Shown: one piece after another, positions 9,413-18,700 of the stretch
Position numbering within the stretch: the stretch's first letter is position 1
Layout: each line of letters starts with the position of its first letter
Assembly: GCA_963674935.2 (NCBI GenBank)
Contig: CAXXWZ010000007.1
Span: forward strand, 1,117,500-1,181,499
Length of the DNA: 64,000 nt
From: Bacteroidales bacterium
GTDB lineage: Bacteria; Bacteroidota; Bacteroidia; Bacteroidales; GCA-2711565
Direction of reading: 5' to 3'
The notes under the pieces: generated by a model
Told to the model about the DNA's origin: nothing
The model's database searches: none
Seen by the model: only the letters and a program-made list of their open reading frames with translations
Position numbers and translations under genes: made by a program

Positions 9413-10156
9413 TTAACTATTTTTTTTGTTTCCGTTATGTAGAATCAATTCCTCAACCATATCTTTGATTTTTTCTTTATTCTCACTTTTTCTGTTTTTA
9501 GGTTGAGTTCTAATAATTTTTTCTGCACTATTAATAACATCCTCTAACACATCATTTACTTCATCGTCACCTAATTCTTCCCAACCAGTTATCATGGCTT
9601 TCAGATTTGAAAAAACTGTATGGCCTGTAGTAATCAAATAAAGGTGAATTACTAAAAAACCAACAAGTAAATAAGCTCCTGCAACGTGCGCTAATGCAAC
9701 TATTTCAAGGCTGGCAACTTCAATTCCTGCTACCGGATAATGAAAAAACATATAGAATAATCCGCTTAAAACAGATAAAGGGATTAGAATTACCTTCAAT
9801 CCAAAATATGTCATGCGTTGTAACGGATTTAATTTGCTTAAAAGTCGTTTACCTGTTGGATGCGGACTATTTCTGAAAATTCCACCTAAATAGTATTCAA
9901 TTTGTGCTTTTAAATTTTTCACTGTCGGAACATATTGCACCCACTCACCTGTGGTAATATGCCAAAAAATTGCGAATATCATAAGCACCATAAACGACCA
10001 GGCCATTGTATTATGAATTACTATGGCATCTCGATACCCAAATAATTGGAAGGATCCGTGAATTTCAAACCCAGTTACCATCAGCATAATAATTAGTACA
10101 GATTGTGCCCAATGCCAGAACCGCTCAAATCCTTTGTATAAATAAACTTTTTTCAT
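9413..10156 (-). CDS. Membrane di-haem cytochrome b subunit (Ni/Fe-hydrogenase/thiosulfate-reductase cytochrome b family)
   Basis: 247 aa with four or more TM helices. It starts FERFWHWAQSVLIIMLMVTGFEIHG and has conserved His residues in the TM helices. It sits directly downstream of a multihaem cytochrome gene. Confidence 0.75.
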   Translation of the reverse strand: MKKVYLYKGFERFWHWAQSVLIIMLMVTGFEIHGSFQLFGYRDAIVIHNTMAWSFMVLMIFAIFWHITTGEWVQYVPTVKNLKAQIEYYLGGIFRNSPHPTGKRLLSKLNPLQRMTYFGLKVILIPLSVLSGLFYMFFHYPVAGIEVASLEIVALAHVAGAYLLVGFLVIHLYLITTGHTVFSNLKAMITGWEELGDDEVNDVLEDVINSAEKIIRTQPKNRKSENKEKIKDMVEELILHNGNKKNS

Positions 10157-10212
10157 TTCTTTAGTTTTATTGATTATTCAATTAATGACAAAATAATTTT
10201 GTCTGTTTTTCA

Positions 10213-11793
10213 TTAACAGTTTTTTCTTAAATATTTACGACATAGTGCATGTCCTGCACTTCCTGCTAGTGAGAGTAGAATGAACAAGATGCCTCCAAAT
10301 TCCAAATAGGCATTTACATCTCTGGCCGGAAGATAGAAATCTGCTAAATTCTCAAGCCTCCCTCCTTCTCTGGTATGGCAATCAATGCAGCTAAGCGATT
10401 GTTCTTTTGGTGCAACCTGATGATTAAGTGGCCAATACATTTCAGTACTTACGAAATCATATTCTCCGCTATATGGCAGATTTAAATATTCCATGCCTTT
10501 TTCAGATGCAATTCCCCAATCAAAATCTTTCCAATACGCACCTTCTCCTTTCACAGCAGAATGAAGCTTGGGTTGAATAAGCGTCATATTTACAGGATCA
10601 TAAATTTGACGTCCTCGATGAACTTTTACAGGCCAAATTTTTGATGGTGCATTTGACTCCTGGCAATCTCCTTTGTCAGCATAGCATCCCATTAAAGTAT
10701 TCATTTGAATCGGAATACTTTCAATTTTATCTTCGATTAACTGGTGGGATGCCAATCCATTAAACCAATAATACTCAGGAACTACATGATCATCCCAAAC
10801 AAAGGTTCCTTTTATCGACATATATTTATGGTTGAAGTCCTGATCATATTCATGAAGCTCTTCTCCGTGCTCATCTAAAACTCCGGCGGTTGACCAGTCC
10901 CAAATCATTTTGGTACTATTTGCTTTCGCGTAAGTTGGAATATGACAGGTTTGGCAAGCAATACGAATAATGTGATCATCTAAAATTTTATCTTTATGTG
11001 GTGCTTCACCATGACATTGTTCACAGGTAACTCTATCCTTATTTTCAGATGATAGTGCGTATAGCTTCCCGGTAATTTGATGGTTCTCTGTTAAGTGGCA
11101 TTGAACACAGGTCATATTTGCACCCTCAGTTGTCATGTGTACATCCACTTCACGGCTGCAATCAAGCATGGCTTTTTCCAGGTCACCATGTTTCACATTA
11201 TTTCCTCCGCCTCCCCAAAAGTGACAAACACCACAATTCTCTCTGGTTGGTGTTCCTACATTTTGCGCAACATAACTTAAATTTACCGATTCATCTGGAA
11301 CGCCTGCTCCCCCCTTTTTCTTTTTATAAGTTCCTGTATTATCATGGCACACCAAGCAATCGATATTCGTCGCTTCAGAAAAATCGAAATTTTTATTATC
11401 ATACCCATATCCAATATGACAACGTGTGCAACTTTCCTCACTTCCCGAAACACCAATACAGAAATTATTCAATATATTTTTTTTACCAAGAGGAACAATT
11501 CCCTTACCTTCTATATATTCTTCTCTTTCCCATTTCCAATGAGCAGTTTGCATAATTTCGTGTTGTCTTTTATTATGACAACCTAGGCATGCTGCTGTCA
11601 GTTCGGGACCAGAAGTGAACTCTTTTTGTAAAACTTCAAAATTTGAGTGATCAACAACTTTCGGGCTAGTCTTAATTAATGGTAACACCGATACATCATT
11701 TTCCAATACTTGTTTCTCTCTAAAAGATAGCAAAAAAACGACAATTAAAATAGGTGCCAAAATTCCAATTATGCTTATAAAATAGTTTCGCAT
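10213..11793 (-). CDS. otr: Octahaem c-type cytochrome, tetrathionate reductase (Otr) family
   Basis: 526 aa with eight CxxCH motifs: CLGCH, CTRCH, CLVCH, CGVCH, CVQCH, CEQCH, CQTCH, CIDCH. It contains the family-typical string CGVCHFWGGGGNNVKHGD. It has an N-terminal signal-anchor and an additional C-terminal hydrophobic helix. Confidence 0.85.
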   Translation of the reverse strand: MRNYFISIIGILAPILIVVFLLSFREKQVLENDVSVLPLIKTSPKVVDHSNFEVLQKEFTSGPELTAACLGCHNKRQHEIMQTAHWKWEREEYIEGKGIVPLGKKNILNNFCIGVSGSEESCTRCHIGYGYDNKNFDFSEATNIDCLVCHDNTGTYKKKKGGAGVPDESVNLSYVAQNVGTPTRENCGVCHFWGGGGNNVKHGDLEKAMLDCSREVDVHMTTEGANMTCVQCHLTENHQITGKLYALSSENKDRVTCEQCHGEAPHKDKILDDHIIRIACQTCHIPTYAKANSTKMIWDWSTAGVLDEHGEELHEYDQDFNHKYMSIKGTFVWDDHVVPEYYWFNGLASHQLIEDKIESIPIQMNTLMGCYADKGDCQESNAPSKIWPVKVHRGRQIYDPVNMTLIQPKLHSAVKGEGAYWKDFDWGIASEKGMEYLNLPYSGEYDFVSTEMYWPLNHQVAPKEQSLSCIDCHTREGGRLENLADFYLPARDVNAYLEFGGILFILLSLAGSAGHALCRKYLRKNC

Positions 11794-11994
11794 TTTTGTG
11801 TTTTATAGTTATTAATTTTGATTTTTGATTTATTGTTACTAAATTAACAGTACTTTTGATGCGAACAGATGCACAAATGATGACCTAAATATGGTTTGAA
11901 TATGATTTAGAACATAAATTGAAGTGTAATTTGTGTAATAGAATTTGAAGTATAGCAATATGAGTAATTTTAGTAACCAGAAAGAGAGTAGATT

Positions 11995-12690
11995 ATGAAC
12001 ACAATTGATATGAATTCAACATGTACAGTGGCAAAAAGTCATTGTAGATGTTTCGACCTATTAACAGATGAGCAGCTAGAATTATTGGAAAAAAAACAGG
12101 TTGAGGTAAAGTTTAATAAAGGTGAAATTATTGCAAAACAAGGAGCATTTGCAACCCATGTTATTTTCCTATGCGAAGGTCTTGTGAAAGTCTATTTAGA
12201 AGATAATGATGAAAAACTCATTCTAAAGATAATTGGCCCGGGTAATCTCGTGGGCTTGACATCACTAAGAGATGATGATGAAAAATTTAGTTATACGGCT
12301 GCATCTTACCAAAATTCTATTGTTAAGATGATTGACATTAATGTATTTAAAAAATTAATCAGAGAAAATGGACTGTTTGCTTCCAGAATTATTCAATTCA
12401 TGGGAGAAAATGCTGCTCAAATAAATAATCGATTTTTTTGTATGATACACCGGCAATCATATGGAAAGCTCGCTGATTTATTGCTTTGCCTGGCTGGATC
12501 GGTATTTAAATCTGATGAATTTGAACTGTTGCTAACCAGAAGAGAACTGGCTGAATTAGCCGGACTTTCAACCGAAAGTGTAATTCGTTTACTTAAAGAC
12601 TTTCAAAATGAAAAATTAATAAGTATCCAAGGAAAAAAGTTTATTATTCTCAATCATGAAGGTTTAAAAAAGATTTGCAAAATTGGCTAG
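11995..12690 (+). CDS. Crp/Fnr family transcriptional regulator
   Basis: 231 aa with a cNMP-binding-like beta-roll (GEIIAKQGAFATHVIFLCEGLVKVY) and a C-terminal HTH (RRELAELAGLSTESVIRLLKDF). An N-terminal Cys cluster (CTVAKSHCRC) is present. The gene is divergent from the otr operon. Confidence 0.85.
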   Translation: MNTIDMNSTCTVAKSHCRCFDLLTDEQLELLEKKQVEVKFNKGEIIAKQGAFATHVIFLCEGLVKVYLEDNDEKLILKIIGPGNLVGLTSLRDDDEKFSYTAASYQNSIVKMIDINVFKKLIRENGLFASRIIQFMGENAAQINNRFFCMIHRQSYGKLADLLLCLAGSVFKSDEFELLLTRRELAELAGLSTESVIRLLKDFQNEKLISIQGKKFIILNHEGLKKICKIG

Positions 12691-12746
12691 CTCTTCAATC
12701 GTTTGAATATTTCCACAAATTTAATTTACCCTGATTATAATGATGA

Positions 12747-12790
12747 AACCCTGAACAATATTGAGAAAAATATTGTTCAGGGTTCTTTTA
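12747..12790. terminator. Strong hairpin terminator between the convergent Crp/Fnr gene and the giant surface-protein gene
   Basis: Perfect 16-bp stem aaccctgaacaatatt (12747-12762) / aatattgttcagggtt (12769-12784) with a 6-nt loop, followed by cttttatt. Confidence 0.8.
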
Positions 12791-15700
12791 TTAGATCTTC
12801 ACCACTTTTTTACTTGCAACTATTTGGCCTTCATGGTTAGTAATTATGATATGGTATGAGCCATCGATGAGATGTTCGAGATTAAGTTGAACTTTGTGGT
12901 CGTTAAAAGATTTTGATAGTTTTATCTGTCTAACCAATGTTCCATTTGGATTAACGATTGAGACCAACCGTGCATCTATATCTCCACTTATTTCTAGGTT
13001 AATAATATTATTAGTTGGGTTAGGATAAAGTAAAATTAACCCTTCGTGTTCCTGTAAATCATTAATTCCTGTTGTTGTGGAAACATAAACCCTAACCGTG
13101 TCATAAGTACTTTCATACTCATCACTCACAAAAACAGTATAAAGTGTTGTTTGTGTAGGTTCAACATTTGCGTTAATTTCATTGCAAAATTCTCCTGTTT
13201 CATCTTGCCAACTGCAAGCAATGATTGAATTTGATTGGTTCACAAGCTCAACAGATAATTGCACACGCTGTCCGGCTATAATTGAATCGGGACTAGCCAT
13301 TGCAATCAAGTAAAAGGTTCCACCAATTTCTTCAGCAATGATATCTTCACCAACATTTATATATCCAATGCTGTCGGGCTCAAAAATATAGCCCGGCCTG
13401 GTTGGGATAGCCCAACCACAATATCCTGCCGGAACCATCATTGTGTATTCTCCTAGGTCATTGGTAGTTGTACTTTGCTCAATTTTGGTGAAAAAGATGT
13501 TTGTTGCAGGTAATGAACTTTTCAATCCAATGGTTTGCACCCTCCCTCTAATTTGATAAAACACTCCTGTTTCAACTTTAATAGTTATCTGATCTTCAAC
13601 AATACATCCTGTTTCGTTATCTGTTACTTGCAAAGTGAATGTGGTTGTTTGAGTAATCGGACTCGTAACCGGATTTAATATTGTTGGATCAGAAACTATT
13701 TCGGCAGGAGTCCAGGAATAAGAATAATTTCCACTTCCTTGAACACTTGCATTTAGCTGCACTTGGGTATTCTCATAAACTGTTAAATCAATTCCTGCAT
13801 CCACCTCTGGTGAATCATAAAATGAAAGAATCATTTGATCAGAAGCTACTATTTCACAAGGTAGAGCAGCAGTAACATTAATAGCCAATGTTACCGATCC
13901 ATGAGCCATATCATTCTCTCCGGGAGTGTAAATTGGGTTTAAAATATTTACATCATTAAAAATCCCATCACCTAAACTAATCCATGTCAACGATTCATAA
14001 TTTTGAGCAGTTGCAGTTAACTGATAACTTGCATTTGCACAAATCGTTGCTTCTTCTACACTAATATCCACTAAAGGTTGCACTTGAATTGTCATAGTTA
14101 CAACATTGGTTGTAAAACTACCACAGCTACTTGAAGAAGTTTGAACTTGCCTAAAATAAGTCTGGGAAATTAATTCGGCAGGTTGATAATTCAATGCTGT
14201 GGCACCAATAATATCAACAAACAAAATGCCATCAGAGGATTGTTGCCATTGATACGAATAAGGTTCGTTTCCACCAGTTGGAGCATTTCCGAGGAGTAAT
14301 TCAGGTGCTGAATTATAGCAAACAATTTGATCACTGGTAATAGAACCAACTACAAACTCTGGATAAACAGTGATAGTTACTAGATTGGTGGCTTTATCTG
14401 CATAATCAAAAGCAGAAGATTGAATTAACTGATAATAGGTTGTTTCCGTAAGAGCGGGTGGTTGATAATCCAGAGCTATAGCTCCTGTAAGATTAATAAA
14501 ATTAATGCTATCCGAAGAACTTTGCCATTGGTAAGCGTATGGTTGACATCCACCTCTTGGTGTAGTTGCTGTTAATTTCTCGGGAACTGAACCATAAACA
14601 ATCTGTTGATCAGATTCAATTGATCCTACGCTAAATTCAGGAAAAACAATAACTATTATTGTGTTGGTAAATTCATTTCCACAGCTTGAAGCAGAACTTT
14701 GCAAAAGTCTGAAATAAGTTGTTTTTGAAAGACGTCCGGCCTGATAATCCAATTGATTTCCTTGATAAATGATATCTGTAAAATTATAACCATCAGTAGA
14801 ACTTTGCCACTGATATATATAAGGCTCTGCTCCTCCTGTTGGATCAATACCTATGAATTTTTCAGGCAAAGCTTGGTAGTAAAGTGTTTGATTTTCGGAA
14901 ATTGAACCTACCTTAAATTCATCATAAACATGAATTTTAATAATATTTGTCGTTAAGGTTCCACATCCAGAACCTGAAATTTGAGCTAAGCGATAATAAG
15001 TAGTTGAGCTTAATGCAGGGGCTTGATAATTCAATTCTGTAGCACCAAGTACATCAATAAAAGTTATACCATCACTTGAACTTTGCCACTGGTAAGAATA
15101 GCCCGGTGATCCTCCAGTTGGAGCAATACCAAATAGCTTTGCTGGAGTAGCATTAAAACAAATGGATTGTGAACTAGAAATTGAACCGACAGTGAACTCT
15201 GGGTAAATAAATTCTTCAATAACATTTGATTCTAAAGCTCCCGACCAATCACTCTCACAATCGACACGGACTAATCGTTTAAACCAAGTTGTTTCGGTAA
15301 TTAGAGGCGGATCATATGTTGATGAATTACTAGCTGGGATGTCAGTAAACCCATCTGTACCGTTTATGATTGATTTTTGCCATTTATACTCTAGTGTTCC
15401 AGTATTCCCGGATGGTAAACTAAGACTAGTTATGGTTTCCGGATCAAAATTAGCGCAGCTCCATTGTGCATTGCCAATGCTTCCTGCTGAAGTAGGCATG
15501 ATACAATCTAAGGTTGTAAAAGTTACATTAGAACCTTCAGTAGTGCCTGATGAGTTTTCTCCAACAACGCGATAATGATAAGTTGTACTAGGTGTTAAAC
15601 CACTTATAGATTTACTCACACTTGTATTTGTATTCCCTGTAATAGGACTTTGATCAGCCGCAATTATAGCTCCATAGCCAGTTGTTAATCCGTACTCAAA

Positions 15701-18700
15701 TATAACAACAGTACTGTCTGAATTCGGATTAACAGTTCCGTTCATTGTAGCTGATTTTTGAACCACAGTTGTAGCAGCATCAGTACTTACGATAGGCACT
15801 GCAGAACCAATTCCCTGAATATTGAAATTATATGGATCTTCGTCGGAATCGTTATTGTCGATGCTAATATTTGCTTTACGAAGCCCTATTGCTGAAGGAT
15901 CAAATTGAACATTGAAAGTGCTTGTGCCACCTGCTGCAGCTAAAGAAACGGTTGGCAGCGCCGATATTGTGAAATCAGCTGCATGAATTCCTCCCACTTC
16001 AACTGTTGGTGTACCTCCCAAAGTTAAAGTTCCTGATCCGGGATTTGTAATAGCGAAAGTCTTGGTCACAATACCACCAGTTACCAGTACGACTCCAAAA
16101 TCAGTTGAATCTACAAGAGAAGGAATGGTATCCCCATCAGCAATTTCAATCGTATTGCCCGAAATAACTATTTCAGGTAATGTAATTCCAGTTCCTTTAA
16201 TAGCGAAAGTATAAGTGGAATCAGTTTCACGATCGTTATTATATATGCTAATTGTAGCATCTTTAACTCCGGCTGTTGTAGGATCAAAAACTATAGAGAA
16301 AGTTGTTGTTGCGCTGTCGATAGCAATTGAGGTTGTGGGTTGTATATTGACATTAAAATCTGCTGCATCAGCTCCACCAATTACAACCTTAACAGAATTA
16401 CTAGATAAAACAAGCGGCTTTTCGCCAACATTTCTAATGGTAAAAGTGCGAGTAACAGAACCAAGAAAGATTTCAGCATTCTCAAAGTCAGTATGATCAA
16501 TAGTGCTTGGGCTTGAATCTTCATCATCAATTATTTGACTGTTTCCCAAAACTTGCATTTTGGGGTTTCCATTCATCTCCCCGGGTGTAGGAAATTGCTG
16601 TGTATATGTGCTAGTATTTCTTGCATCTCCTGAACCATTCGTGATACGTTGGTTGGAGTGATTATCCTTATCCCCCCCCCCTGCTTCATTTACCTGAGGT
16701 TGACTGGCATTTAATAAAACTAATAGACCAGCGTCGTCAGCATCATCAGTATCATATATTAAAGCATCTACCAAATAAGTAGTTGTGACAGGCGTAGTGC
16801 TTGGAAAATTAGATGAACTGTCAGCATACATTGCAATAGCATCAGCTCCATTTTGCAAAGTATTATCAGTAAAACGAATGGAAGCGGCACCTGAAAATCC
16901 ATCTCCAGCAATTAAAAAATATCCATCTGAATCGGTCGAAAATCCATCTAAACTTATCGCATTGGTATGTCCCCCAATATCGTACGAATAATCAAAAGCT
17001 CCGTTATAAAACACAATGATTAATCCATCCAAACTGGTATTTCCAGTTCCACCGTCATAAAGCTCAATAAACTCTTGATCATCTGTTCCGGGGGTATCCG
17101 CATCAACCTCATTAATCATAATATTTTTCGTGAGTTGATTGGATGCATTACCTGTTGATTCCGTAGTTAGGTATTTTTCACATCCACTATCCTTGTTATA
17201 TTCACAAACCATAACCCGATAAGTTGTATTAGGCATTAACCCATTAACAATTACTGAATCGGCGGTTCCATTAGCTACACAATACCAACCTGAGCCTCCA
17301 ATTTGTGAACCTTTTTTAAAGTGAGTATTGGCTGTGTAAGTGTCGTAATTAACAGGCACAGCGGTTCCTGTTGTACCTTCTTTTATGAAAACGACTCGTT
17401 TTGATCCATTCCCATTGGTCCAATCAATTTCAAGTTGTACCGCTCCGGTATCTGAAAAAACTATAGAACTAGCTTGAATAGTAGGAGCCATAAAGTCGTC
17501 GATTATGGTAACGATATTGGTAGAATCGATACCACAACCCCAATCAGAACCTTGTAATTGTCGATAATAGGTAGTATCAGTAAGCGCTGGAGGTTGAAAA
17601 TTTATACTATTTGCTCCAGAAATATCAGAAAAAGTAGATCCATCGGTAGAATTTTGCCATTGATAAGCATAAGCTCCACCACCACCTGTTGGGGTAACTC
17701 CAATTAATTCATCGGCCACAGAATTGTAACAAACGGACTGACTAGCAGAAATTGAGCCAACTGCAAATGGTTCATAAACATTGATTGTTATCTTATTGGT
17801 TGTTAGAACTCCACAACCTGAAGCCGAACTTTGAATTAATTGATAGTACATGGTATCAGTTAAAACTCCCGGCTGATAATCCAAATTAGTTTCTCCTGAG
17901 ATATTTGAAAAAGTAGCATTATCCGTTGAGCTCTGCCATTGATAAGTATAGGGTCCTGTGCCACCTGTTGGGGCAACTCCTATTAATTTTGCAGGTGCAG
18001 TGTTATAACAAATATTTTGATTTGAAGAAATTGAACCAACAACAAATAGTGGATAAACTGTAATTTTGACCGAACTAGTTGTATCAATTCCACAACCCGA
18101 AGCAGAAGTTTGTTCTAAACGATAATAAGTTGTATCGGACAAAGCTCCCGCCTGATAATTCAAACTGGTAGCACCAGAAACATCAGAATAGCTCATTCCA
18201 TCAGTAGAACTAATCCATTGATAAGTGTAAGGTGTATCACCACCTGTAGGAGCCACACCAATAAGATTTGCTGGGGTAGTATTAAAACAGATAGATTGAT
18301 CAGAAGAAATTGTTCCAGCGGCAAATGCTGGAAAAACAGCCATTTCAATAACATTAGATTCCAGCGCTCCGGACCAATCAGGATGGCAATCAACCAGAAC
18401 CAGTCTTTTAAACCAAGTAGTATCAGATAAATTTGATGGATCAAAAGTTGCCGAATTACTGGATGCAATATCTGAAAAACCAGCTGTACTGCTTGTGGTT
18501 GATTGCTGCCATTTATATTCAAGTGTCCCTGAATGACCAGAAGGCAATGTTAGGCTTGTAATTGCAGTTGGATCAAATCCAAGGCAACCCTCCTGCGCAT
18601 TTCCAATAGTACCAGCTGCTGTGGGGTTAATACAATCTAAGGTGGTAAAAGTTTGATCTGATCCATTGGTAGTACCTATCGAATTTACACCTTTAACACG

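Noticed and set aside
11095-11586. Three + strand ORFs (61, 145 and 80 aa) antisense to the octahaem cytochrome gene
   Set aside because: They lie entirely within a confidently identified gene on the other strand. They are rich in H/F/L/Y from the reverse complement of Cys/His/Gly codons and have no motifs.
11794-11994. Search for an FNR/Crp-type TTGAT-N4-ATCAA box in the otr / crp-fnr divergent region
   Set aside because: I found only tandem ttgatt repeats and one TTGAT with a non-matching partner. No convincing palindrome is present, so no operator is called.
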